A stretch of DNA of 64,000 nucleotides from Octopus bimaculoides (lineage: Eukaryota). The DNA lies in the NCBI RefSeq assembly GCF_001194135.2, contig NC_068989.1, positions 27,640,929 to 27,704,928 on the forward strand, in the 5' to 3' direction. The translations under genes and the position numbers were made by a program. The notes under the pieces were generated by a model. The model was not told the DNA's origin and searched no databases. It was given only the letters and a program-made list of their open reading frames with translations. Of this stretch, positions 38,955-53,010 are shown in pieces (within the stretch, counting starts at the first letter, position 1; every line of letters begins with the position of its first letter).

Positions 38955-41445
38955 TTTATTTCTTTAATAACCACAAAGGGTTTACATAAAAAACACACAT
39001 TATGGACAAAACATGACAAATACAATGTGTGGTTACAGGAAATCGTGTAAACAATGAAAACAATAACATTCACCGAATATAACAATAAAATTCCCCAAAA
39101 GATGGAAACCTAGAAGTGCTCATGGAAACCCCACAAATCTACAACAGTCCTGACCACTAGGGTAAGTACCCTTTCTACTAGGGTATGTGCGCTGGGGTAA
39201 GTGCACTTTTTCTACAGGCGCATGCTTAGAGTAGGCCCTCTCACTCGGGCAATTCTTGCAACATTCACCCACCTTTCAACTAAATTGATGGAGGGTGGAG
39301 GTGGAACTTCCCACTCCGCCTTCACTTTCCGTTTCAAGTTAATGAGGGCTTGGCCAAAAAGGAAATTATCTTCAGGCCTTTCTACATGGTCCACCACACA
39401 ACCGCTTTCACTAAGGCCACCAGGCAATGAAAAAGAGCCTGCTATTCCAGGCCAGAGGAAGGTGGCGGGACTATTCTCATAATGGACTCAGCTGATAGCC
39501 GGAACCGTCCAACATGCGACAGCAGTTGTTCGATATACACTCACAAGTCAGAAATACTCAGGCACTAGACGAGAGCATGCAGAAAGGTTTCGTCGCTCAG
39601 CACGCACCTCGGGAACGCCCAGCTGACTGCACTTCCGTGCCTGTAGAGTTTATCTCGAAGGGGCAGTGCACTGCGGTAGCACTGCCAGGCCAAAGGTTTC
39701 TGCAAATTATGCACAGGCCCCGACGCAAAAGTTCTCCGGTGAAGACCAGCCAATTCGTCCTTGTCGTCACCCAGAGTCTCAACGAGAACGTCGTCACACT
39801 TACCCGCTACGACCCCTCTATAGAACGCCAGAGTAGAATTGTCAGTGACCGCATTACTCGACTGACAGGGGAGTGTGAGAGCCTGACAACACTCTAGGTG
39901 CTAAGCGCCCTTCCTTGTTCTACTCTTGATCCAGGACTGCAGCTCAGTCAAAGAGACAAACTGTGCGAAATCGCATCTGACAAACGGCGACCACACTTCC
40001 TCCCCGTCTCGGAAGTGCTGGAGATACCGCAGCCTCAGCGTATGCCTGCGTATCAATAACCACAGTATGCCCAGCCCTCCATTTAGCGGGCATTGACAGC
40101 AAATGGAGCGCGTCTCTTCCACAAAAAGCGAAATAGTAGGCGCTCCAGTTTGGTCAGATTCAAACCGGGACAGGGTACGACGGTGAGGCAGTAGTAGATG
40201 ACAGATGTAATATAAGCATTCGCCACCTTCGCCTGACCTTTCAGGGATAGATTTCACTAAGCCCATTTCTGAGTGAGATTGACCACCCAGCTGGCGAACT
40301 CGTCACAGTTCTCCATTGGAGATCTGGACCGAACCAGACCCCCCAGTAATTTAACAGGTCCTTCTGTCCAGTGTCCCACGACGCAGTTGGCAGGCATGGA
40401 CTTGCCTCCCCAGGTGCCAAATTGCAGACCTGCTGACTTCTGATTAATTTTTGCTCCTGTCAACGCTTCGTATTCTTTCAGAGCTGTGCCGATCAGATCT
40501 GCGCTTCGTGTTCGACACTATGACGGTGACGTTATCTGCGTATACCAACACGGTTCTCCCACGTCCGAGTTCGCGTGGGATACCCTTCAACGCCTCCGAT
40601 TTCCGCTGTAGTGGCTGCAGAGCAATCACATACAAGACGGACGTACAGAACGCATGATGCTGAAACGTTCCTATACGTAACCATTCACCCGAACTACCAA
40701 GCAGATGTCGCTGTACATTGCTTCGATCCAGCCACGGGAAACAGGACCGAAATCGGCTGCCGTGAGGACTGCCGCCATGTATGGTTGTCGCCCCTATCAA
40801 AGGCTTTAGACTGATCAAAATTGATCAAGATCCCGCACATGCCAGTTTCATTTCCTACCCTGTCTATGATTTGCCGCATGAGGTGGAGGTTGTAATGAAT
40901 GGATCTACTTGAGGTGGCGCATATTTGCGTATCAGCAATCAGTTCCTCTACGACAAGCGCCAACCTCTACGCTAGCCCTTGACCAAAATTATGATGTCAG
41001 CGTTGAGCAGCATTATGGGCCGACACATTTCTATTTGATCCCCTTGTTTCGGTCCTTTCTGAGCAGAGCCACCATTCCTCAGCTACCAGAACTAGGAATT
41101 CTCCCGTTTTGCTGCCAGTTACGGTAAGTATCTCCTAAGAGGTCACCAAACAAGTGTGGCATATAATAGTAAAGCTCGTAGGACAGACCATCTAAACCAG
41201 ACGATTTGCCCGCTATGAAGCCTATCATCGCATCCCGTATTTCTGTGGCTGTTATCGGCATTTTGCAACGCCTCGCCCCACCTGACGAGAGTCAGGGCAT
41301 GCAGTTGAGGTAGGTATTAAAGTCCACCCTGCGTTCCGGATTGCCATTCGTCCCAAGCTGTTGGGCGGAATGCCGCTGAAATACCGCACACATCCTCTCG
41401 GGCTCAAGTATCATGCGCATTTCGCCTAGCGTGCTAACGGTTCTG
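38955..41445 (-). mobile_element. Tx1/L1-clade LINE, about 2.5-kb 5'-truncated degraded copy (RT, zf-RVT and UTR)
   Basis: GKSSGLDGLSYELY; RSIHYNLHLMR...LINFDQSKAFDR; VLVYADNVTV; PLAWQCYRSALPLRDKLYRHGSAV. Confidence 0.9.
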
Positions 41446-41499
41446 CCAGCTCGTCACCTTAACGATAATAATAATAACGATAATGATAATAATCCGTCT

Positions 41500-41777
41500 T
41501 TTCGTCGACGAGTGTTCCAGTATACCCGATGAACAGAACAGCCTGCTCGTGAAATGAACGTGTAAGTGACTGAGCACTCCAGAGACACTCACATCATTAA
41601 AGTTGCTCTCAAGGAGATATAACAAGACACAGAATGCAACAAAGCTGGCCCTTTGTATTAGATATAGCTCAATTTTGTCAGCTGAGTGGACGGAAACAGT
41701 GTGAAATAAAGTGAAACATCACGCCGCTGGAATCGAACTCAGGATTCTGAATAACGTAAACACTAAGCCACGCGGCT
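41500..41777 (-). mobile_element. tRNA-derived SINE sharing a 3' module of about 150 bp with the SINE at 57625-57997
   Basis: B-box-like ggaatcgaactc on +; central tttgtcagctgagtggac...gtgaaataaagtg; shared gaacagcctgctcgtgaaa..aacgtg.aagt..ctgagc..tcca.agacac. Confidence 0.75.
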
Positions 41778-43096
41778 TGACAATGATGGTTATTTTAAAA
41801 TGCCACTAAGTATTCAACAAAGAAACCTAAGAAAGATTTTTGAGAAATGATGAAAATTCCTTGAGATTCGAATATATTCTAAATGATATGTGTCATAAAA
41901 ATATGATGACAGTAAAATCACAACTGCTATCTACTTGATCATAGGTGGCCCTGGGCCAAACAAGAACAAACGATCTACAGTGAACTGAAGTAACAATCAT
42001 TGCAATTCTGTCAGTTATTAAAACAAGAATATCGATAGCATATTAAAAATGCATGTGGCAACGGCACTTAAGGCAGCAATATTACTAAACACAATAAGAA
42101 CAACAACAGTTGCATACCAGTGTATGTTGTTCGCTTACACAAATACCTAATCTTAACGCACGTAATATTAACTACTTTATCCATCTATAATTGCATTGTA
42201 CGTCACGTTTCAAACCTTACCATCACCATGACAAATGTACAAATCTACGTTGCCGGGTTAACTGCTAAAAGTAGCTACCATCATGCCATAATCTCAAAAA
42301 CAATTCGCAATCCTTCATGAAATTATTACACCAAAATATAAGACAGTATGGTCGTGGATGGAATGCTTTTTATCATAGGTTTTCTCAGTCGAGGTAACTT
42401 GGAGCTGAACATGTATGTTGCAGTCCCCTTCACACATAAATGTGACAGTGTAAAAAAAAATTGGCTCTATGGATTACAAATACACTTCAGAAAGAGAGTA
42501 AAAATCGATCCACAGACAGATTTATCGACCCGGAAATAATAAACAACGAAAGTGTAGAGTAGAGTGAGCCGATAACAATCCCTCTATCCCAAGTTCTAAA
42601 ATTTATATAAAAATCGCATGATACTTAGGCCAGCAATATTACTAGACGTAGTAATAATAACAACGTTTGTTGTTACTTAATTTGTTTTAACTTCACAAAT
42701 ATTGCGAAAGAGTGTTAACATTTTTACTGGTAGCTGTACATTTCGACAACAACCAATATTTAAAGAGACGATAGGGATTTACTTATAAGGAAAAACATCT
42801 CATAAATAGGATTTTCTCTTGTGAATTGGAAACAAGATTATTCAAATTCGATTAAACGGAAACCTTCCCGAACATCAGGTCTGTGAGCATATTTTGGTCT
42901 GATAAGAATACGCAAAGCTATAATCACACACACACACACACACACTACCAAGAACATTTTCGTGGGTCACGCTCAGATGCGTTGTATATTCTAAACATTT
43001 AAAAGGCGTCTAATTCGAACTCATAGTATATTAAGCCTACAATACAAATTAACGAACAAATTGTCAATACAGCTGCTGCTACTGCTGCTGGTGCCT

Positions 43097-43128
<32 letters not shown>

Positions 43129-43522
43129 NNNNNNNNNNNNNNNNNNNNNNNNNNNNNNNNNNNNNNNNNNNNNNNNNNNNNNNNNNNNNNNNNNNNNNNN
43201 NNNNNNNNNNNNNNNNNNNNNNNNNNNNNNNNNNNNNNNNNNNNNNNNNNNNNNNNNNNNNNNNNNNNNNNNNNNNNNNNNNNNNNNNNNNNNNNNNNNN
43301 NNNNNNNNNNNNNNNNNNNNNNNNNNNNNNNNNNNNNNNNNNNNNNNNNNNNNNNNNNNNNNNNNNNNNNNNNNNNNNNNNNNNNNNNNNNNNNNNNNNN
43401 NNNNNNNNNNNNNNNNNNNNNNNNNNNNNNNNNNNNNNNNNNNNNNNNNNNNNNNNNNNNNNNNNNNNNNNNNNNNNNNNNNNNNNNNNNNNNNNNNNNN
43501 NNNNNNNNNNNNNNNNNNNNNN

Positions 43523-43565
<43 letters not shown>

Positions 43566-45487
43566 ATCATGTGTCTAGGGAGGGTCATTATATCAATAAA
43601 AAGATAAAAATATGGCCACGTTCAATACGACTTCTTTATTTTACAAACAAATCTGTAATGGTTTAATGTGCTGATTGAACAATTAATTGGTTGTTACTTT
43701 TCTCTGTCAGAGTTCTTTCGTCGCTATTCGCGACCTCATTAAGGACATGCCCCCACTTTTCAAAGTCTGCTTTAACCCTGTCTAAGAATTAGTCTAATGC
43801 CTAAGTGTATGCATGTAAGGAAGGATGGCTGTATGTATGCATGCATGTAACTTATGTGTGTATGTAGATGTGCGTTCTCATGTGTGTGTTTTTTTGTATG
43901 TATGCGTAGTGTAACCAGTTGTTTTTTAAAAAATATATTCATACATACATAACGCAAGATACACTGTGAATGATGTTATTGGATTGTAGAACGCAGGCAT
44001 TTCTGTTTTGTTTCATTTCATCAACTATGAACACCAAATCTGTCATCTGTTCCATTAAAATAAATAAATTACGCTTTATAGCTTTCTTCTCACTTTTCTA
44101 CTGATGCTATGGATTCTAACAGCAAGATGTTTACAATTTTTACTGTGCATCTTGCCTATATCTATTGTCTTATGCATAGTAACAATTATTTATCGCCAGA
44201 AATGCAAGACATGCTGATGTCTTCCCTGATTTTCTGTTTTTATCGCTCCCCCTTCCTCCCTTTCACATTGCCTTTCTTTACTTCCGTCCTGCTTTTCTTC
44301 CTCTTTGGTAATACACACGTGTGTGCGTGTGTGTGTGCGCGCGCGCATTCATACATTGCACACTGCTTATAGCAATCCTTTCATACCTTTCCCAATGAAA
44401 GAATTTCTTACGTTTAACAATAGCATATGATCATATATTTTGTGGGGGAAGCTGTTGTCGACTATGTCTATATTTAGTTCCTTATGTAGGGCACTCCGAA
44501 GGAAAAGAGAATCAATAAAATAGGTAAATTTATGAATCCCATAAGAAAGAAATATTAGTCAACTCCTATGTGTAGCGGCGTATTTTAAAAACAGAAAAAT
44601 ACATTCAATAAACCACTACCGATATTGCCACCCACACTACTAAAACAGTCAACCTTGCAACCAGAATATCTGAATAGTTCTTTTTATAACTGACCAAGAC
44701 GTGTAACGCTGACATTAATGGGATTTGAACAGTAACTAAATATTGCTTGGCATTCTTTCCAGCGCCATGACCGACTGTCAATTCTTTGCTAAAATATTTT
44801 ATTTATAATGCTTTCAAATTTTAGTGTAACTCACGCAATTTCTAGGTGAATCCAACCACCAACAGTCTAGTATGGTAGTATTTTTATCGAATTCAGAAGT
44901 ATGAGAATCTAAATCAACCACGAATAGACAAGAAATCGGGGACGAAGAGTCACAACTTCTGTCACTTACCACTCCAAAACAATAAGCCTACATGACGTCA
45001 TAAATCCTTTGTGAATCTCAGACTTATATATATATAATCAATAGTTCATAACTTGCAGAAAATATAGAATTTATTTTGAAGTTACGTCTATTTATTTATT
45101 TATTTGGCATTATATTTTACAGTAAATAGTTTATCTAAAATATATTAATGGACAGCTATCGATTCACTTTTCCTTTGGGTATGTTATGGTTGCGCCTTGA
45201 GCGATTTGTAATGAAATATTTAGTAATCAAAACAAAAAAGAATATTGGTGGTTTCAAAGGTAATTGGAAGACTATGTTATCTTTCATAACAGAGTATCAA
45301 TAATTGATCCAATTATAACAGGGATGACTTGTATCTTAATGAATAAATAGCGCTCATATCTAAGTGGCGCACAGAAAAATCTGCTAGACTCAAGGCCAAT
45401 GATGAAAGCAAGCGTCTTCTTATTAAAGAAATGTAAACAACTTTATGAATCACATGCATTAACATTTAAACAGAGTGACTAACAGGC

Positions 45488-45528
<41 letters not shown>

Positions 45529-46519
45529 CTTGAAAGGAAGGATGAACGGCCAGTTCGATGGTGAATCCAATGTCATTAAAATACAAAGATAAAACAGTAT
45601 ATGAATAAATAGGGGATAGAGAGAGGGATATATAAATATAGTCAGAGCTATATAAAAAAGGTGAACGGACATAGAATTAGTGGAGAAAATAAAGGCTGTA
45701 TTAACGTAATGCTAAATGGAAGACAGCGAAGAATGTCAAACAGGTGGATAAGAGCAGAAACTAGAACGAACATGTTTACTTTTAGCCATTCATATTCATA
45801 CGCATGCGTGATTGTGTGCATGTATGTGTGTACGACCGAGAGCGTTTTTTTTTTCTATGAGTAGTGAAATATAGAATTGAATTACATAAACACATATATG
45901 TATATGCATATATGCGTACATATACATGTATAATATAAATTATATATATGTACAATAGGTACACGTGCATTCATACATTAGATTACTCTTGAATCAGTGG
46001 GTGTTTCTAATTCCTTTCAAAACTTACTTTGACGTCGGAATCCAATTTGTCCAGAAGAAATTACTGCTTTTCTGATTTTCTCATTCTTTTTCCATATTCT
46101 TTTGTTTTCTTTTCTTGCTTATTTTCTCCAGTTGTACGGCGAATTCGTAAATGGAATCTCGAAAGAAACGTTTGTTGTCAACAATTCTTTATATTATAAG
46201 TTAGTAAGAAAAGAATTAGCTATATGTATGTATGCGCGCGGATTTGTCTGTATGCCTCTTATATGTGTGTATATGTGTGTGTCAGTTTTTTTCTGAATAG
46301 TTATTGTTTTTTCTTCCTTTTGTAAGTTTTATTTTTTCTTTGGAAAGGATATCGAGCTGTTCAATAATTGTTGCTGCGAATCTACCGGAAATAAACTTGG
46401 TTTAAGTATGTTCACTGAATATGCATCCGTTTTGCTTCTCACTGAGGTGAGAAGCAAAAAAAGCATTCTTGTTTATTCTGTTGGACAACACTAATCAAAA
46501 ACTAAAGTCGAGTGGCCAT

Positions 46520-47260
46520 AACTCACAAAATTTGAATTGAGTCTATGCAATGTCGGAGCGCGTTGCTGCATTCCTAATTTTTCAGTATATTCTCTGATAC
46601 CCCGAGCGATCCGTCGAGTAGATTCCCATCTAGTGTCCTTTTCCGTGAGATACGTACTCATATACCCTCACTATTTGGCATGTGGTCGACCAACAAGAGG
46701 CATCAACCCAGCCGAACCCCCAATGAAGAGAACAAACACGGTAAGCAGGGTCTAACTCGGAAAATCGAAGAACAGTCTGAGCTGGCTCTCTCGAATGATA
46801 CATCAACAGCACGCATCTCAGTATCTGAGTAGGGTTGCTGGTTGGATCAGAAATCTAACTAATGTTAACCCATAATCTTGCGAATTGACCTGGTACGAAA
46901 GGAGTTCAGGCGGCGTCTAAGGGCTCCTGACAGTGGCAAGTCTAACAATTATAGAGTAGGGACCGGGGGAACCAGAGACCAAAAGACTCGAAACTTTGTC
47001 TTCATGCAAAGATATCAGTCCCGACTAATACTCTTGTCTAATGAGTTCAAAACTACACAGCTTGTCCAAATGACGTGTATGACTTCAGACTCCCAGCAAA
47101 AGCCGTTATCACTATGGAGATTCATAGCGGCAATAGAGAGAGACTAGGTGGAGTTCACCAAGAAGCCAACGACGGATTGGATCTTTGTCTTCACCCAAGA
47201 AATTCTAAGGCCATGTTTCCACTTTCTCACTCAGTGAAACAAGAGCCCACTTTATGACAT
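46520..47260 (-). mobile_element. RTE-clade LINE RT C-terminal fragment (different family from 29055)
   Basis: GLRISWVKTKIQS...CWESEVIH...LNSLDKSI...YLCMKTKFRVF.SLV...LSGALRRRLNSFRTRSIRKIMG...SNQ...ETEMRAV. Confidence 0.85.
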
Positions 47261-47272
47261 CCAGAGACTCAG

Positions 47273-47395
47273 TGAGAGAGACAGGGGTGAGGGAGGAGAG
47301 AGACAGGTGTGAGGGAGGAGAGAGACAGGGGTGAGGGAGGAGAGAGACAGGGGTGAGGGAGGAGAGAGACAGGGGTGAGGGAGGAGGGAGACAGA
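47273..47395. repeat. 22-bp G-rich minisatellite (agagacaggggtgagggaggag, about 5.5 copies)
   Basis: acagg recurs at 47281, 47303, 47325 and onward. Confidence 0.95.
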
Positions 47396-48102
47396 GAACG
47401 GCAGATATAACCGGATGATACTTATTTGAACCTCAGTACTCACTGGAATAATATGGAGTAATACGAAATGAAGTTCCTTGTCCAAGAAATCGATACTGCA
47501 AACATGTGATCATGACCAAAACACCATAAATTCCGACTAAGGTTAACTAAAATAAAACGTCAAATTCTAGAATTTCATAGTGTCTCTCTGCCTCACCTTA
47601 TCCCAAAGTCTTTACAAAATTAGCTGTCCGTCATTCCAGTAGTATCAATTGAAAATGAAATTATTCACATTTATTAACAGCCTTAATTAAAATCAAACTG
47701 CTAGGAAGAGTTAATTATTTACATTTCCTTGTCGGTTCAGATCAATTTTTTAATCATTTGATTTTATATCGAACATTAGTTTGTTATTACCATTTTAGTC
47801 ATGAAAAATGATGTTGAGTTTAAAAATAAGTTCCATAATATTTTCACATTGCCATTTTCTAGGTCGTAGAGAACTTAATATGATTACTAACGCGTTACAT
47901 TTTATTGCATCAGTTGAAATTAGATGATAATCAGAGTTCATATCATTTTGATCGAACGTATGTTTCATTGGACACAGTGTACGTCCGAATAATTTATAGT
48001 GAAAAAAATAAACGATTGTTTCTTTCAATATACGTAATAGGGTGTTGCTTTTTATGTAGTTGCATTTAGATCGGACTTTTTTATGAAGGTCATAGATACA
48101 TC

Positions 48103-48159
<57 letters not shown>

Positions 48160-49083
48160 AAATTCACTTTAAGTACATGACATCATCAGTGAGTGAAAAA
48201 CACGTAAACACACGAGAGATAAGTACAGGACAAATACAAAAAAAAATTGCAAAAAAAATACATATTAAATTAAGTACAGTATATCACCAATGAGGGAAAA
48301 ACACGCAATCACACAGAGACAAGTACAAGACAAAATACTAATGGAAGTCCAACCCCTCCTCAGTGGTCGGCTGTTTATTACTACCTGTTCCAAGCTTTCA
48401 ACGACAAGACAGAAAAACTTCATAGGACAGCAGCATCCACAAATTAAAAAAAATATAAAATTTATGGAGAGTTAAGGCTTCGAACGAACAAACGATACCA
48501 GAGTGGACGTACAGAGTAAACACTTGACGAAGACATACATTAAGGGCCGTTATGCCAAGACGAATTGCATTGGGTAACGCCTGGGATAAATTTTGAAAGA
48601 GTATAGAAGAGAAAAAGTAGAAGAGAAAAAATAGTAGAAGACACAAAATATCGAGAGGCGATAAAAATTACGTCCACCTGGCTGGACGTCCCATCCCAAA
48701 AAGGGAGACAATGATCATATCGCTTCTGTTTATGGTATAATGGAATTAAGTTAACACACATCAGTTTCTTTTACATTTCTTACATTGTCATAGCTAGTGG
48801 AGCAAAGGCAACGTCTATGAACCTTCTCAGACCCACCGAAACTTGTAATAGGAATGGAGTAAATAACGCCCAACAGCGATACGTTCTCAGATGCTTGCAA
48901 GAGAATAATGATACACATGGGATTAGAAGAATGACAAGACGCAAAAGTTATTCAAACAATAATATGATGTAATAATGACTGACGTCATTTTAAGCCACAA
49001 CCCATTTATACATACATACATACATACGTACATACATACATACATACATGCAGAAAGACAGACAGACATACAGACAGACAGAC

Positions 49084-49148
<65 letters not shown>

Positions 49149-49150
49149 TG

Positions 49151-49897
49151 CCTTTTGCATCCCGCCAAAACCTGAAGCTTTCATCTTTTCTGCAGATGAA
49201 ACTACCTTGGCCTTCTTGAAGCAAGTAAGGAGGGATGTTTCCACTGCATGGATTCTCTCCTTGCCTCAAGCTCAAAATAATGAACCAACACATATGCAGG
49301 TCCAGAAAAAGTTTTAAAAAAACAGTTTGATCTGCTTCAAACAATGTCAAATTTTCTCGTGACGTGATCTGCTTGGTGCGCTTTTGATCAAATGTCAGAT
49401 GCGGCACCCTCCGAGAAGAAACTTTCTAATGTCAAGTTCATTTTCCATAATATTCTCAAATCTCTTATAGGATATACTAATAGCACTGACTATTTGATCT
49501 ACAGTCAATTGCTTGTCATTTATGGCCATGGGCTGGAAACGATAATGTTTTCCTTGCTGGAGGCAGCCGCTGGACATCCAGACTTGAATCAACTTCAAGA
49601 CTCTCTCTCTCACTCTTAAATTTAGCTAAGCATATTTGCCCTGTTGATAAAGATAGAGCGTCATCCCCTAGTATAGCAAGCATGTCAGAATGAGAGTCAT
49701 TAGGCGTTAGACCGTTTTCTCAGTAGGTATTTGTTAACACCGCTAACCAAATTTTGTCCATTTTCAAGAGAATCGCAACTAGTTACTTTTGAACAGTCAG
49801 ATATCAGCTCAACTGGGAAGAACAAACGTAGCTACCAATAAAGATGGCTGAAATTAATGCATGCAACATTTCACGGCTATGAACTTTTCAGCTCACG
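49151..49897 (-). mobile_element. Mariner DNA transposon, 5' half (TIR about 49875-49897; transposase ATG at 49761), frameshifted and truncated at a (GATA)n tract
   Basis: MDKIW...GLTP.DSHSDML..LGDDA..LST...KFK.ERESLE.D; QLTVDQI...ISISYKRFENIMENEL; HLTFDQKRT...SRENLTLFEAD; SMQWKHP...KKAKVVSSA.K; FWRDAKG. Confidence 0.88.
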
Positions 49898-49935
49898 TTT
49901 ATGTGTGTGTGTGTTATATATATATATACATATAT

Positions 49936-50307
49936 AGGAGTGGCTGTGTGAGGTAAGTAGCTTGCATACGAACCACATGGTCTTGGGTTCAGTCCCACTG
50001 TGTGGCACGTTGGGCAAATGTCTTCTACTATAGCCTCAGGCAGATCAAAGCCTTGTTAGTGGATTTGGTAGACGGAAACTGAAAGAAGCCCGTCGTATAT
50101 GTATATATATATGTCTATGTGTGTATATATTTGTGTCTGTGTTTGTCACCCCAACATCGATTGACAACCGATGCTGGTGTGTTTACTTCCCGTAACTTAG
50201 CGGTTCGGCATAAGAAATTGGTAGAATAAGTAGTAGGCTTACAAAGAATGAGCTCTGGGGTCGATTTGCTCGACTAAAGACTGAAACAAGTAAAAGAGTA
50301 AAAGAGA
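49936..50307 (+). mobile_element. SINE family A, full length, best preserved head
   Basis: A-box tggctgtgtgaggtaagtagc, B-box gggttcagtccc, conserved core and tail. Confidence 0.9.
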
Positions 50308-50390
50308 GATATACTGATTGATTGAGTGATAAAATGATTGGATCGATCGATCGATCGATAGCTAGCTAGCTAGCTAGATAGATAGATAGG

Positions 50391-50472
<82 letters not shown>

Positions 50473-51839
50473 TGTATGTATGCGTGTATATTTATTCCTT
50501 TTCTTCCAGTAAGCTAGACATCGCTGGAGATTTGGCTGTTACAGCCTATCTGTCATGATGTACAACCAGTTCTTGTCTGCCAAGAATTCACAATTGTAGA
50601 TGGCGCATATTGCAAATCCGGACAACCCATAAATGTGTGCTTTGTTGTAAGTCGTTCGGTATCTCAGTATCCGAACATCAAATGCATAAAAATGAAAAGT
50701 TAACATATCTATATTTCAGTGCTGATAATAAACTGATTTCTAACATTAGCACAAGGTCAGTGACTACATAATTTAATGGTAATATCTTGTGTTCGATTGA
50801 ATCAATAAATTTCACTCCCACCCCCACTAAAAACTTTGATATGTAGAAAGAAATCAATATTAAATAGAAAATAATACTCACTTGAATAGTTAGAGAGTTA
50901 CGTCACGATCGAAATATTTGCAATTCAAGTGAAAATTATCCCTATCGGTTTTCTCTAGTCACATTCACACAGCAAGAATATTATTTTCCATAAAGTCGTA
51001 TCTTTAAAAGCAACACAATACCATTTGTTTGGCACGCATAATTGTTACTTATTCTGATATGTCTTTATATAATTACCACTGGTATATTTCATATATCAAA
51101 ATTAAAAGCCCATACAAACTTTATTCCATCTACTTTTAAGAATCTGTCATTATATAAATTTTCTTTATTTTCTTTTAGGTGAGTTTCCACGTATCCAACA
51201 CTTCTGTTCTTTTTAATTCGGTATGTATTCGATGACTATATTCTTTTTTTTCTGCTGTGACGTATTGAATTGAAAAGTGATAATAAATAGCTCGATGGTG
51301 AAGTGCTGATGTGATTTATATTTTACTTACCGCCTTGCATAACAGTTCTGCAAACATATTACTATTATTATTACTAGTCTGTTATATGAGATATTATCAT
51401 AAAGGCTGAAAGATAACATTACGATCTCAGTGGTTAGGATTCATGATCACATTATAACATAATACATCTGTTTCACATACTGGAGAAACGCGAAGCTGAC
51501 GTGTTACTAACAAATACCTATGCAGTATTTTACTCTCCTAGAAACAGCAGCTAATTCTCTCCCAAATAGCATGCTTCTACTCTTCTCTCTCAAAACAGAA
51601 CAGAAAAGGATTAGATGATTTCCTATATTCATGTATTTGCATAATCGAGGCTAAACGATAGTATGCTATTTACATTTATTGTGTAAGCTGTTAGTGTTAC
51701 TTTCAATTAAGGAACCTTCAATGATGGTAGATAACCTCTGGAGAACCAAGCAGCCGACAAATTCACTGCTCGTTCGATGCAACTGCCTCAGCTGTATGTT
51801 TGCTGTAGTAAATGGGTCAGAGAGGTACTCTCAACTTAC

Positions 51840-51897
51840 CTTCTTTCTATCACCTAACGAATCCTGTAAAATATCCGCCTCTGACTTATGCTTCAAG
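51840..51897 (-). CDS. Candidate 58-nt internal coding exon of an unidentified host gene (LKHKSEADILQDSLGDRKK)
   Basis: Acceptor tttcgattctcttttgtctag, donor AAG|gtaagt, one open frame, not repeat-like. No partner exons identified. Confidence 0.3.
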
Positions 51898-52184
51898 CTA
51901 GACAAAAGAGAATCGAAACGACATCTGAGGCTGCTTAATGCATTATGGTATGAATGAGCGTTTCTAATCCAGCTTGTCCAGTACAGAATGGATGGAACGA
52001 GAAAAAGTAAAATATTATTTTAAATGATTGCAATTTATTCTTAACATAAAATATAAGAAAAGTGCATTGCATCATTTTATGATGCTAATAAAACATTGGC
52101 GATTTGTAATCCAAGCGGTCTAGTACTTGATTGACGTTTTCTGTGTAGATTTTATAGCTATATTGTTACTTTATTAAATTTTCC

Positions 52185-52650
52185 GTGTTTACTTCCCATA
52201 ATCTAGCGCGCTCGGCAAAAGAAACCAATAAAATAAGTACCAGGCATGTAAAAAAAAAAATAAGACCTGGAGGCGATTTGTTCGACTAAAACCTATCCCT
52301 ATCAAGGATGTGCTCCAGTAAAGTCGCAGTCAATTGACTGGTAGACGGAAACTGAAAGAAGCCCGTCGCAAATGTGTGTGTGTGTGTGTGTGTGTATGTG
52401 CGTGTGTGTGTATGTGTGTGTGTGTATGTGTGTGTATGTGTGAGTGTGTGTGTCTGTCTGTTTTTGTCGCCCCAACATCGCTTGCCAACCGATGCTGATG
52501 TGCTTACGTCCTCGTAACTTAGCGGTTCGGCAAAAACTAAACGATAGCATAAGTACTAGGCTTACAAAGAATAAGTCCTAGGGTCGATTTGATCGACTAA
52601 AAGGCGGTGCCCCAGTCAAATGACTGAAACAAGTCAAAGAATAAAGGAGT
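52185..52650 (+). mobile_element. Two 5'-truncated SINE family A copies fused in tandem
   Basis: A 3'-half copy (52185-52335) is followed immediately by a core-plus-tail copy starting gtagacggaaactgaaagaagcccg. Confidence 0.8.
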
Positions 52651-52749
52651 AAAAAAATTGTGTGTGTGTGTGTGTATTGGGTTGGTGCATAATTATTGTG
52701 GCTTGTNNNNNNNNNNNNNNNNNNNNNNNNNNNNNNNNNNNNNNNNNNN

Positions 52750-52793
<44 letters not shown>

Positions 52794-53010
52794 GTGTGTG
52801 GGGGTGTGGGTGTGCGTGTGTGTGTGTGTGTATTTTTATACGTCTATATGTGTATGTGTATATATATATATATACATACATATATATATATATATGTGTG
52901 TGTACGATATTATTCGATTTCTGATTGTCATCAGATAATTTGCTCCGACATGGGTACCTGACTGGATTTGAACAAAGAAATTGTGTTATTTATATAATTA
53001 TCCTGTAGAA

